Position numbers and translations under genes: made by a program. Positions 7,732 to 17,249 of a DNA stretch of 28,750 nucleotides are shown here, piece by piece (the stretch's first letter is position 1; every line of letters begins with the position of its first letter). A model generated the notes under the pieces. The model saw nothing but the letters and a program-made list of their open reading frames with translations, was not told the origin of the DNA and searched no databases. This DNA is from Armatimonadia bacterium (GTDB lineage Bacteria; Armatimonadota; Zipacnadia; Zipacnadales; UBA11051): the NCBI GenBank assembly GCA_039683575.1, contig JBDKRC010000150.1:1-28750 (forward strand), read 5' to 3'.

Positions 7732-10647
7732 CTACTCGAACCACATCACCCCGAACCGGTCTACGTTGTGGAAAGAGCCGAAGGACGGGCGCCAACTCGA
7801 CGTCTCCCACTGCCACAGGACCGAGTCCGGTAAGCGGTAGTAGTAGTTGCGGCAGAAGTTGACCTTCCACGGCGCGTCTTTCGTCGGCGGCGTCAGTTCC
7901 AGCGACGCAAGCGGGATGGCCAACTCCGCCGTCCACCCCTTGTCCCCCACGGCGGTCTTGCACCGCACCCCCTCGCAGTTCCAGTTGAACAGGTCCATAG
8001 TGAATTCGCGGGTCAGGTCCGGCTGGTAGTTGTCGGCGAAAATGTCGCCGGGGCCGAGCAGGAACTGCACCTGTTTGTCCCCTTGCACCAGGAACACCTC
8101 GCAGCTCTCGTCATCCCAGACGTTGGCATCGCGGCTACCGGGGCTTACGGTCTGCTTGCGCTCCTTGCTCTCCAGCGGGGCCTCGATGGCAAGGTACAGG
8201 TTCGTGGCGTCTCGCAATACCTTCATGGTGGTCTGTGAGCGCAGCCTGGGGTTGTTGTACATGTCGAAAAAGCCCTCGATGGGGGCTGCTGACTGCCAGC
8301 AGGCGTCGGTGACTTGGCCGTCTATCGTGGGGGCAGCCTTTGACAGCGGCACGACGAGCTTCTCATTGGTGACGGCGGCACCGGCAGCGGCTGAGTAGCG
8401 CTGGCTGCTGGCTTCGAAGGGCAGGAAACCAGTGAGGGTCTTGGCGACCCGCGCGTGATAGGGCTCCTGGCCGCGAGTGGCCTTTTCAGCCTCGCGCAGG
8501 TAACTCATGGTGCGTTGCACCAGGTTGGGGGGATACGTTTTGAGCCAGCAGGTGCTCCAGTCCCACGTGGGCTTGGGGCCGCCCTTGGTGGCGGGGTCGG
8601 CCCAGGCTGCTTCAAGTTCGTTGTAGAACTTGCGAAGCAGCGGAGCGGCGGGGCCGTATAGCTGCTGGCAGTACTCATCGATGATCTTGTCAACGTCCTG
8701 GTCCACGTCCCACATCAGCCGCATGGCAACGTACATATTGAGCGAGTCCATCATCCAGTCGGCCCAATCGCTACTGGAGCGGCCGTCGGCCCAGAACTCG
8801 CACAGTTCGATGACGCGGCCCTTCACGCGGCCTCGCTCGAGCGCGAACCACTCCTGCATGGCGTGGGGGAAGATGCTCGGCGCGCCATAGGTGCCGGCGC
8901 CGCGGCGGGCGTACCAGTAGTCCCAGACGTAGATGTCAGAGGTCTTGGTGGCCCAGCCGTTGAGTTCCTTGAGGTAGTCCTGCTTGGTGTTCTCGCGCCA
9001 GACGTTGGGCAGGTAGTTGGTGCACAGGCTGATTGCGACGTTGGGCAGCAGGTAGACGTCCGCGGGCGGCTCGCGGTATTCGGAGTACGCACAGCAGGTC
9101 ACGATGCGGTCGGGATGGGTCTTGCGAACCTCGGCGGCGACATTGTTGACGAAGGTCCACACCAGCTTGCTCCAGCGTCCGCTCTTCGGCTCCTCCGGGC
9201 CAGCCTGCGCCTGGCACTGGCTGCACTGACACTCGAACATGCCGTCGCCGGGCATGACGGTGGCATAGCGCATCTCGGGGTGATCGTCGAACAGCTTGCG
9301 CATGTCGACGACGGTCTGCGCGAAGACCTCGGGGTTGCTGAAGCACACGTACCCGCCGGGGTCGCGGTTGGCGCGCTGGCCGTTGCGCTGCACGGCGAAC
9401 CATTCGGGGTGGGTGTCGCCGAAGCGCTTTGGCCACTGGTTGAAGGAGTGCATGCCGATAGGACTGCCATTCAGACCGCCCCAGCGCATGCGTCGCCACC
9501 ACACCTGCGTGTCGCGTGGCTTGAAGTCGGGGTCCTTGGGGATCGAGTAGAAAGCAAAGCGTGTGTTGTAGGTGGGCGCGCCGTACCAGGCGACGTTGCC
9601 GACGGTAAGCGTAGCCTGCTTCGGAACGATGCGGCCGAGCTCGCCGGGCCAGTACCAGCGAACCCCGACGACGCGCTCAAGGAACTCGTAGACGGCGTAG
9701 AGCGTGCCGAAGGGGTACAGCGAGTTGCTGACCGGCTCGATGTCAAAGGGCGAGTCACCGCCGGAGAGGATGAGGGCGTCGCCTACGCGCTGAACCGTCC
9801 AGTTGTCGGGGGCGAAGCATGAGGGCGACAGGCCAAGGCGTTCGGTGAGGGCGGTCTTGCCAAGGTGAATGGCCGGGCCTGACATGGGCTGGCCGTCTTT
9901 GATGACTGGCAACTCGGTGCCGGTGCTGAGCTTCAGGTGCTCCTGTAGCTCCTGGAGGGCGAATCGGAGACCCTTGGTCTGCGGCTCGCCGACCACGATG
10001 GTGGCGAGGGGCTTGCCGTCACGGGCAACGGGCAGCGGCTGGCCTCCCTTGGACTCGTACGCGGCAAAGCTGCCACTGGCAGCGCCGGTCTGGGTGGCCG
10101 TGTCGGCCTCGATCATCAGTTCATCCACCAGCATCGTCGCGGGCTGCTGGGAGTTCTCCAGCCAGACCATGAAGTTGACGATATTGGCCTCGGGCATGGG
10201 CGGGATCGTGGCGTGTAGCTCGAACGGGACCCACTTGCCGGGCTCCGGCTTGAAGATGGCCTGCTGGGCGATGACACCCGACAGCTTGTCGCCGCTGGCG
10301 CGCATCTGGAGGGTGACTTGCCCCTGCCCCTGCAGCCACTTGATCTGCCCGCGGAAGACTACTGCCTTGCCCTTGTATGGCGCGAGCTTGTCAGGGTGGA
10401 TGTAGCAGCCGACCGCGATCACGCGCTCTTTGGTCTTCGTGCAATCCAAACGGAGTGATGGTTCCTCCGCAACGAAGTCGGTCTCGTCAACTGAGACTGC
10501 CCCGGCGGCGACCTGGCCGGAGAGCAGCGGGTAGGCGCCCACCTTCGGGAACAGCGGCTTGTAGCGCAAGGTGAGGTCCTGAGCTGTGCAGATGCCGAGG
10601 GCTGTAACGAGCACTAGAGGGAGCAACAGGGTCTTGGTGAGCTTCAT
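7732..10647 (-). CDS. Secreted DUF4838 protein with N-terminal CBM-like and C-terminal CBM9-like domains (putative glycoside hydrolase)
   Basis: Signal peptide; 'ELQEHLKLSTGTELPV' and 'GTLYAVYEFLERVVGVRWYWPG'; 'HPEWFA', 'CFSNPEV', 'CQCSQC', 'AYSEYREPP'; C-terminal APTIDG....CW, NLYLAI, DDESCEVFL, GWTAELAIPLASL. GAGGAG SD. Confidence 0.85.
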   Translation of the reverse strand: MKLTKTLLLPLVLVTALGICTAQDLTLRYKPLFPKVGAYPLLSGQVAAGAVSVDETDFVAEEPSLRLDCTKTKERVIAVGCYIHPDKLAPYKGKAVVFRGQIKWLQGQGQVTLQMRASGDKLSGVIAQQAIFKPEPGKWVPFELHATIPPMPEANIVNFMVWLENSQQPATMLVDELMIEADTATQTGAASGSFAAYESKGGQPLPVARDGKPLATIVVGEPQTKGLRFALQELQEHLKLSTGTELPVIKDGQPMSGPAIHLGKTALTERLGLSPSCFAPDNWTVQRVGDALILSGGDSPFDIEPVSNSLYPFGTLYAVYEFLERVVGVRWYWPGELGRIVPKQATLTVGNVAWYGAPTYNTRFAFYSIPKDPDFKPRDTQVWWRRMRWGGLNGSPIGMHSFNQWPKRFGDTHPEWFAVQRNGQRANRDPGGYVCFSNPEVFAQTVVDMRKLFDDHPEMRYATVMPGDGMFECQCSQCQAQAGPEEPKSGRWSKLVWTFVNNVAAEVRKTHPDRIVTCCAYSEYREPPADVYLLPNVAISLCTNYLPNVWRENTKQDYLKELNGWATKTSDIYVWDYWYARRGAGTYGAPSIFPHAMQEWFALERGRVKGRVIELCEFWADGRSSSDWADWMMDSLNMYVAMRLMWDVDQDVDKIIDEYCQQLYGPAAPLLRKFYNELEAAWADPATKGGPKPTWDWSTCWLKTYPPNLVQRTMSYLREAEKATRGQEPYHARVAKTLTGFLPFEASSQRYSAAAGAAVTNEKLVVPLSKAAPTIDGQVTDACWQSAAPIEGFFDMYNNPRLRSQTTMKVLRDATNLYLAIEAPLESKERKQTVSPGSRDANVWDDESCEVFLVQGDKQVQFLLGPGDIFADNYQPDLTREFTMDLFNWNCEGVRCKTAVGDKGWTAELAIPLASLELTPPTKDAPWKVNFCRNYYYRLPDSVLWQWETSSWRPSFGSFHNVDRFGVMWFE

Positions 10648-10828
10648 GCTTGAAGGCTCCTCAGGCAGGACTTCGCCCCGCGAGTGATCAGTGTTGCATC
10701 AGGCTGTGAGTTCCCCGTCGGTGCTGTTCATCCTTCCCGGGCTCGCCTGGGCCGGAAGGTATAGTGGCGTGGGCAGGGAATGGGGACGGGTCGTTTGGAG
10801 TTCAGTTGCTTTTCTCTGGGGGGCTGCG

Positions 10829-13810
10829 ATGCCTCGGCGTCTGTCATTGTTTTGCCTCGTGTTTTCCCTTTTACCGTTCTGTCACCTTGCCCACGCCACC
10901 GGTGTCTCAGGGGTCATTGCTACCGGCACCACGTGGACTGCTGCTGGTAGTCCATACGTCCTGCAGGGCGATGTTACGATCAGCGCCGGGGTGACGCTGA
11001 CGCTCGAGCCCGGAGTGCGGGTGGTGGCAAACGGAGACTACCGGGTCTTTGTGAACGGTACGCTAAGTGGCGCTGCTACGGTCGCGGCGCCGATTGTGCT
11101 AGAAGCTGCCGACCCGGCTGCTCGTGGGGCGTGGCAGGGGCTCTATGTGCCGGCCGGGGGGCGGTGTGTGCTAACTAACGCGACGGTGCGGAATGCGGTG
11201 TATGACATCGTGGCGCCGGGGGGCGAGGTGACGCTGACGGACTGTGAGGTGGGGATGGCAGCGGAGCACGGACTGTACGCATGGAACGCGACGCGGGTGA
11301 ACGCGGTGGGGTGCAGGTTTGCCGACAGTGGTATGCGGGGGATATATATCGAGGGGTATCAGGCGAGTGGCGAGATCAGGAATTGTCAGTTCTACCGCAA
11401 TGGGGACTACCCGCTGTATGTGAAGGCGACGGTGGCTGAGATCATCGGCGGCGGCAACCTGTACAAAGGCAATGGCGTGCAGCGGGTTGGTGTCAGTTGC
11501 AGCATGCTGGAGGACATCACCGACACCGATGTGTGGACACGGCAGCAGGTGCCGTTTGAGCTGGGGGCCGGGACGGGGGATGGAATACTGAAGATCACGG
11601 CAGCGGGCGCGCTGAGCATTCCGGCGGGGACGCAGATTGTGGCCAAGGGGATTGACTGTCTGGGAGATTTGCGGGTCATCGGCGAGGAAGGGGCGCGGGT
11701 GCTGTTTGAGGGGCCGGGGACGACGCCTGCCGCCGGAGCGTGGGCAGGGATTGTGCTGCGGGCGGGGGCGAGCGGAGATTTCCGATTTGTGGACATGGCC
11801 CACGCCACTACCGCGCTGACGGTTGATGAGCCGCAGAGCCTCTTCGTCTCTGACTGCACGTTCACCGACTCGCAGTATGATGGGGTGAGCATCACCGGGA
11901 ACGGGCCGGTCACGGTTCGGCGGAGCGTTTTTGCCCGTAACGGGCGCAACGGCCTGCGACTGGCGGGGACCGGACTAACAGGCTATGTGGATGTGTGCAC
12001 ATTCACCAATAATACGAGCTACCCGGTATGGAGCTTCGCGCGCAACGTGCGGATGCTGAAGGTGCGTAACGCATACTCTGGCAATGGCGTGTCGAGCATC
12101 GGTGTAAGCTGTGACTTTGAGGAAGATGTGTCGGGCGGGGTTCACGATTGGTACCCACAGGGCCTCCCACTCGACTTGACGGCGGGCACCAGGGAATCGG
12201 TCCTGGCGGTGTCCGCTGCTGCGACGCTGAACATCCATGGGGAGCAGACGATCTACTCCGGTGGCGTGGTGGTGTATGGGAAACTGTACGTGGCGGCGGA
12301 TGGCTCGAAGCCATGCAGGTTCCTGGGAACCGGGGTCGGCGGGGCATGGAACGGGATCAGCTTTGACGGCGGGGCGGGGGAACTCCGAGGGGCCGTGGTG
12401 GAGGGGGCCTCGACCGGTGTGACACTGATGAACTCGTCGCCGCTCATCTATGAGTGCCTGCTGCAGCGGTGCCAGCAGGATGGGCTACGGTGCCGGGGAA
12501 CGTCCAGCCCCGTAGTTGCGGACACTGTGATTGCAGGCAATGGCCGGCATGGTGTGCTCATCGAGGGTACCGCGACGCCGAATCTGGGCTGCCTGGACAA
12601 CGCGGATGAGAGCGACGACGGGGGGAATTACCTGCACGGTAACGCCGGTTACGAGGTCTACAACGACACGGCGGGGGGGATTGAGGCCGAAGGCAACGCG
12701 TGGGCTAGCACGAGCACGGCGGGGATCAATGCGCGTATCTTCGACCGTCTGGACCTGTCGAGCCTGGGGATAGTGGACTTCTCGCCAGTATGGGCAGCAG
12801 GGCCGAACCGGCAGCCGGTGCTGAGTTGGCCGGGGGTGGCTGGTTATAGTGACAATGGACTCAATCCCGAGATGGCGGAGACGGGAAGTGCCGTGGAGTT
12901 CCGGGTCAGGTATGCGGATGTGGAAGGACAAGCCCCTGCCTTTGTCCGGGTGCACGTGGCGTGTGGAGGCGTGGAGATCGAGGGCAGCCCGCTCCTGATG
13001 ACAGAGAGCGAGGGCTCGGACTACGCGGCGGGAGTGGTCTATGCGGCGAGTTGGCTCCTGCCAGGCGGGCGGGGCTATACATACTGGTTCTCGGCCAGTG
13101 ACGGGCGCGACGCGGCGACAGGGACGCCCTGTATCGCCCAGCCAGGACCGCAGGTCACGACGCGGCCTACGCTGCAGTGGGCGGGATCGCCAGGGTATAC
13201 TACGGACGCAGTAAGCCCCGACGCGGCGGTTTCGGGTACGACCTTTCAGTTTCGGGTAAAGTACTCTGATCCGGACGGGGATGCCCCGGTGCGTGTAGCG
13301 TGCCATGTCAGGCGCGATGGAGTGCCGGTGGTGGGCAGCCCCTTCTGGATGGGCCCTATCAGTGGCACTGGCTTCGTGACGGGGAAGGTGTACCGGACGA
13401 CGCGGACGCTGACCGAGGCAGGGACCTATTCCTATCGCTTCGAGGCCACGGATGGGCTCTTGAGCGCAACTGGGACCCCGACGGCGTGGCGGACCGGGCC
13501 GGCGGTGGCGGCAGGCGCAGCAGGTCTTTTGGCGGTGCAGGCCGAACAACTCCACAGCGGTTTGGTACAATTGTCATGGCATCAAGGGCAAGCGGGCCTC
13601 GTGCGGGCGGAAGTCGCCAATCTTGCAGGGCGGCTTGTGGCCTGCCCGATTGAGCAGCGGCAGTATGGGGCGGGCCAGCAGATGCTTCTATGGGCGGCCC
13701 GAGGGCAGGGCGGACAGCGGGTGCCGCCGGGCAGGTATCTGATAAGGCTGCGGCTTGATGATGAGCAGGGAGGGCGGCATACGGCGCTGATTGCGTTGTC
13801 GCTGCGCTAG
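10829..13810 (+). CDS. Secreted right-handed beta-helix protein with two Ig-like repeats and a C-terminal FlgD-Ig-like domain
   Basis: Start moved to ATG 10829 (signal peptide ...HLAHA-T). TTWTAAGSPY..GDVTI..GVTLTLEPGV, three 'GAWxGI/L' modules, two PxLxWxG..GY...FRVxYxD repeats, terminal 'NLAGRLV...LW...GQRVPPGRYLIRL'. Confidence 0.85.
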   Translation: MPRRLSLFCLVFSLLPFCHLAHATGVSGVIATGTTWTAAGSPYVLQGDVTISAGVTLTLEPGVRVVANGDYRVFVNGTLSGAATVAAPIVLEAADPAARGAWQGLYVPAGGRCVLTNATVRNAVYDIVAPGGEVTLTDCEVGMAAEHGLYAWNATRVNAVGCRFADSGMRGIYIEGYQASGEIRNCQFYRNGDYPLYVKATVAEIIGGGNLYKGNGVQRVGVSCSMLEDITDTDVWTRQQVPFELGAGTGDGILKITAAGALSIPAGTQIVAKGIDCLGDLRVIGEEGARVLFEGPGTTPAAGAWAGIVLRAGASGDFRFVDMAHATTALTVDEPQSLFVSDCTFTDSQYDGVSITGNGPVTVRRSVFARNGRNGLRLAGTGLTGYVDVCTFTNNTSYPVWSFARNVRMLKVRNAYSGNGVSSIGVSCDFEEDVSGGVHDWYPQGLPLDLTAGTRESVLAVSAAATLNIHGEQTIYSGGVVVYGKLYVAADGSKPCRFLGTGVGGAWNGISFDGGAGELRGAVVEGASTGVTLMNSSPLIYECLLQRCQQDGLRCRGTSSPVVADTVIAGNGRHGVLIEGTATPNLGCLDNADESDDGGNYLHGNAGYEVYNDTAGGIEAEGNAWASTSTAGINARIFDRLDLSSLGIVDFSPVWAAGPNRQPVLSWPGVAGYSDNGLNPEMAETGSAVEFRVRYADVEGQAPAFVRVHVACGGVEIEGSPLLMTESEGSDYAAGVVYAASWLLPGGRGYTYWFSASDGRDAATGTPCIAQPGPQVTTRPTLQWAGSPGYTTDAVSPDAAVSGTTFQFRVKYSDPDGDAPVRVACHVRRDGVPVVGSPFWMGPISGTGFVTGKVYRTTRTLTEAGTYSYRFEATDGLLSATGTPTAWRTGPAVAAGAAGLLAVQAEQLHSGLVQLSWHQGQAGLVRAEVANLAGRLVACPIEQRQYGAGQQMLLWAARGQGGQRVPPGRYLIRLRLDDEQGGRHTALIALSLR

Positions 13811-13867
13811 ACGGCAGAGGTGTGGGGGCAGGTGGGAGAGCCTGCTGAGCATGGCCGGGGAATTGCC

Positions 13868-14941
13868 ATGGATAAGGAACTGCTGCAGACAATCGAGCGG
13901 ATCGTTAACAGCCAGAGCAAGCTGGAAGTGCTGTACTACTTCTACCGCAACCCCTTCACCTGGGAAGCGCTCGGAGGATTGGCACAGCGGCTGCATCGCT
14001 CCCCGCGAGACCTGGAGAGCGCGATTCGGGATCTTGTGCAGCAGAATCTGCTAATCGCGCGGGCGGGGCGGGGCGCAGGTCACGAGTTGGTATACAACTA
14101 CTCGCGGGAGGTGGCGGAGGCTCCGCGAATTCAGCGGGTGATGGAGGCCTATGAGGGGGAGGCGCGGCGTGACGTGCTGCAGGCGATACTAAAGCACGAC
14201 AGCGAGACGCGTCTGCAGGCGCTGGCCCGGCGGCGTGAGGTAGATGACCTGCGGACGCGGTTCGTGGCCATGGTCACACATGAACTGCGGACGCCGCTGA
14301 CGGTCCTCAAGAGCGTGCTGGCGACGCTGCACAGCACTGACCCGGATGATGCTGAACAGCGGGAATGGCTGCTGGGGCGGGCGGATAGCCAGTGTGACCG
14401 CCTGACGAGCCTCGTGGAGAACCTGCTGGTGCTGTCGGGAATGCAGACTGGCAGGAAGTTGGAGCTCTACCTGGGCGAGGTTGAGATTCCGCGGCTAATG
14501 GCGGAACTGCGGGACCGGTTCGCTCAGCACGGCCTCGCACACAGGCTGGAGTTCGAGCTTGAGGGGGCGCCGGAGACGGTGGTGGCGGACGAGTATCTAC
14601 TGGGACAACTCCTCGGCGAACTGATCCACAACGGCGTGAAGTTCAGCCCCGAGGGCAGTATCGTCACGGTCAGCGTCACCGGGCAATGCGAGGATGTAGT
14701 CTTCGCAGTGGAAGACCGCGGAATCGGGATGTCGCCCCTGCAGAGAGAACAGGCCTTCGAACCCTTCTATCAGGCCGAACTGGATGCCTCCAGACTCGCC
14801 GGCGGGATGGGCATCGGGCTGTTCATGTCGAGAAACATCGCCGAGGCGCACGGCGGACGTCTCTGGATTGAGGATAAAGGGACGCCGGGGCTCCTGGTGA
14901 AGTGTGCGCTACCTCTTGGGGGCCCGCAGCCTGCGGATTAG
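13868..14941 (+). CDS. Cytoplasmic histidine kinase (HisKA + HATPase_c) with N-terminal winged-helix-like domain
   Basis: H box THELRTPLT, N box NGVKFS, G1 EDRGIGM, F box FEPFYQ, G2 GGMGIGL; no TM helix. Start at ATG 13868. Confidence 0.9.
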   Translation: MDKELLQTIERIVNSQSKLEVLYYFYRNPFTWEALGGLAQRLHRSPRDLESAIRDLVQQNLLIARAGRGAGHELVYNYSREVAEAPRIQRVMEAYEGEARRDVLQAILKHDSETRLQALARRREVDDLRTRFVAMVTHELRTPLTVLKSVLATLHSTDPDDAEQREWLLGRADSQCDRLTSLVENLLVLSGMQTGRKLELYLGEVEIPRLMAELRDRFAQHGLAHRLEFELEGAPETVVADEYLLGQLLGELIHNGVKFSPEGSIVTVSVTGQCEDVVFAVEDRGIGMSPLQREQAFEPFYQAELDASRLAGGMGIGLFMSRNIAEAHGGRLWIEDKGTPGLLVKCALPLGGPQPAD

Positions 14942-15059
14942 TCGGATGTCCCCCCTCCAGTACCCCCGAATATAGTCCGGTTATATGTTCACATTTCTCT
15001 CAATACTTGCGGCTGAGGCTCTGTGAGAGTGCTTTTGTCGCCTGCAAATGTGAAATTTC

Positions 15060-15089
15060 TTGCATCATCGCCTGCAAGATGACTATAAT
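15060..15089 (+). promoter_or_regulatory. Sigma70-type promoter of the response regulator gene
   Basis: TTGCAT (15060-15065), N18, TATAAT (15084-15089) in an AT-enriched spacer. Confidence 0.6.
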
Positions 15090-15160
15090 CAGTGGCAACG
15101 GTGGCAGATTCCCGCCGCCGTGTAGTCGGCTGTTGGCTCTTTGGGAGGACCGCTGCTGAC

Positions 15161-15589
15161 ATGGCCATACATGCGGACATAACTCCGGGTACCGCGCGGC
15201 CGTTGGGGGCGTTGCTGCTGGTTGAGGACGCGCCAGATAATCTGCAGCTTGAGACTCTGGTTCTGCGCGCCTACGGCTTCCATGTGGACGCGTGCAGCAC
15301 CGCACGAGAGGCGCTGCTGTTGCTTGGCCGCCAGACGTACGATGGCCTCGTGCTGGACCTGAAGCTACCCGATATGGATGGTCTGGAGTTGGCGCGGCGC
15401 GTGCGAGGGCTCGACGGGCACCAGAATGTGCCCATCGTGGCAGTGACAGGCCGTGGGATGCCCGGTGATGAGGCGAAGGCGCTGGCGGCAGGGTGTTGCG
15501 CCTACATCGTCAAGCCGGTGAACACGCGGACGCTGGCGCGGCAGGTGGCGGATGCTCTGAATCCCTCTGCGGTCGTATCGAAAGCCTGA
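15161..15589 (+). CDS. Single-domain response regulator (CheY/DivK-like receiver)
   Basis: LLVED, phospho-acceptor VLDLKLPDMDG, VAVTG, YIVKP; no output domain. SD GGGAGG at 15143-15148. Confidence 0.9.
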   Translation: MAIHADITPGTARPLGALLLVEDAPDNLQLETLVLRAYGFHVDACSTAREALLLLGRQTYDGLVLDLKLPDMDGLELARRVRGLDGHQNVPIVAVTGRGMPGDEAKALAAGCCAYIVKPVNTRTLARQVADALNPSAVVSKA

Positions 15590-15602
15590 CCTGCGGTCAG
15601 CC

Positions 15603-16679
15603 TCACCCCCTCTTGCGGATCAGATTCCCCTCTATCAGATGATTCCCCAGTTGCTGTGCGGTGATTGCCGGGCCGGGGTTGAGGTCTTCGAAGACATTGC
15701 CGCTCACCAGGCATGATTCGGCGGCTTCGAGGTCGATGCCACGTTGCTCGGGACTGGCGGTCTTCACGTACTCCCCGTCATAGACGCTCTTGCGGATCAC
15801 GTTCCCCGTTATGCTGTGGCCGCCGCTGTTTTGCCCCTCTCGAACCACCACTGCCCCCTGCGGATTGTTGATGATGTTGTTGCCCTGAATGGCGAAGCCG
15901 CGGCATTCTCCCTGCAGGAGAACCGCTGTGTCGGCATGAAGGTAGTTATTGGCTATAACCACATCGCGGCAACGGTCGCGCGGAAGGGTCTCCCCGCGCC
16001 CACGGGCTTCAATGCCGATTGGAAAGCCTTCGATGGTGTTGTTGGCGATGACGTGCTGGGCAGTGCCGTCGAGAATTATGGCCTGGGCGTGGCCATAGGC
16101 GAAGTGATTGTTGACAACCCGCACCTCGCGGCACTCCCAGCCCAGGAATAGGTGCTCGGCCTGCTCCTGGCCGCCGGTGAGACTGCGGGTCTGAGTGCCG
16201 TGAAGAGTCAGGTGGTGGATGTTGTCGGCCCGGATGCCGCGCTTGCAGTCGCGCAGCCAGCAGTCGCGGACGGTCACATTGGTGCCGGAGGGGCCAAGGC
16301 GCAGCCCGTAGCCGCCGTGTCCCTGGAAGAAGCAGGCGTCCACGAGGGCGTCGTTGGGGTGCTCAAGGTAGAGCCCGTCGCCGCTGTCGGGGGTGCCGAA
16401 GAAGGACAGATCGCGGATGGTGACCTTGACCTTGAACCAGCCCATGCCGCTGCCACACTTGATATGCAGCAATGGCTGGCCCTCGCGGTTGCGATTGAGA
16501 AGGCTGCTTCCACGGCCATCGCCGTATAGAAACAGATGCTGCCCTTCCTGGAGTTCGACATAGGCTGGTTCGTCCAGCGCATACTCCCCGGTCGGGATAT
16601 GGATTGCCCCGCCGGTTGCGGGCAGATGGTCGATAGCGGCCTGCAGAGAGCCGAGGTCCTTGACATTAAGTGGTTCCAT
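15603..16679 (-). CDS. Right-handed beta-helix (pectate lyase-like) protein, no signal peptide
   Basis: LQAAID.LP..GG.IHIPTGEY start, followed by repeated V/I.I.NN.I/F beta-helix rungs. Confidence 0.8.
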   Translation of the reverse strand: MEPLNVKDLGSLQAAIDHLPATGGAIHIPTGEYALDEPAYVELQEGQHLFLYGDGRGSSLLNRNREGQPLLHIKCGSGMGWFKVKVTIRDLSFFGTPDSGDGLYLEHPNDALVDACFFQGHGGYGLRLGPSGTNVTVRDCWLRDCKRGIRADNIHHLTLHGTQTRSLTGGQEQAEHLFLGWECREVRVVNNHFAYGHAQAIILDGTAQHVIANNTIEGFPIGIEARGRGETLPRDRCRDVVIANNYLHADTAVLLQGECRGFAIQGNNIINNPQGAVVVREGQNSGGHSITGNVIRKSVYDGEYVKTASPEQRGIDLEAAESCLVSGNVFEDLNPGPAITAQQLGNHLIEGNLIRKRG

Positions 16680-16739
16680 GGCCGCGAACTTCGCGGGCAG
16701 CGAGACAAATCCCTTCTGATACGTCTATGAAGCAAAGGG

Positions 16740-16778
16740 TTGACATCACGGAAGGTTTAAGCATACTTACGTAGTAGG
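16740..16778 (+). promoter_or_regulatory. Promoter with overlapping Rrf2-type operator
   Basis: TTGACA (16740-16745), N16, CATACT (16762-16767). Imperfect palindrome CATACT-N5-AGTAGG (16762-16778) overlaps the -10 and SD. Confidence 0.6.
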
Positions 16779-16786
16779 AAAACCAC

Positions 16787-17215
16787 ATGAAGATCTCAAC
16801 GCGAACACGATACGGGATGCGGGCGATGGCCTGCCTGGCGCAGCACTATGGGCAGGGCCCGTGCAGCGTGCGGGAGATGGCCCAGGCGAACGGGTTGCCC
16901 GTGAAGTACCTTGAGCAGCTATGTGGGACGCTGAAGAACGCGGGCTTGCTGAAGTCGGTACGCGGGGCCGGAGGGGGATACATGCTGGCGCGCCCGCCTG
17001 AACAGATACGGCTGGTTGAGATCTTCGAAGCCCTGGAGGGCGCTCTCGCTCCGGTAAGGTGCCTGGAGAACGGCAAGCCCTGCCGCCGGCGGGGCAATTG
17101 CCTCACACGGGGTATCTGGGAGCATCTGGCGGACGTGATGCGCGGGGCCCTGGAGGAGCAGACGCTGGCGGATGTCCTGTCGGGAGCGAAGGCCGAGCTA
17201 ACGAGTGTGAAATAG
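16787..17215 (+). CDS. Rrf2 family transcriptional regulator (IscR/CymR-like, three Cys)
   Basis: MKISTRTRYG, YLEQL, SVRGAGGGYML, EALEG, and C-X6-C-X5-C. Confidence 0.92.
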   Translation: MKISTRTRYGMRAMACLAQHYGQGPCSVREMAQANGLPVKYLEQLCGTLKNAGLLKSVRGAGGGYMLARPPEQIRLVEIFEALEGALAPVRCLENGKPCRRRGNCLTRGIWEHLADVMRGALEEQTLADVLSGAKAELTSVK

Positions 17216-17249
17216 TAGCCGTGACTCGAACTGGGAATGAGGTAGAACC

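Noticed and set aside
8863-9822. 319-aa plus-strand ORF and other long alternative-frame ORFs (e.g. 4384-5217, 12485-13570, 17103-17906)
   Set aside because: They lie antisense to well-supported genes and have Pro/Arg-rich or shadow composition.
10691-10828. Longer start for the beta-helix protein
   Set aside because: A clear signal peptide begins at ATG 10829; the upstream part is the divergent promoter region.
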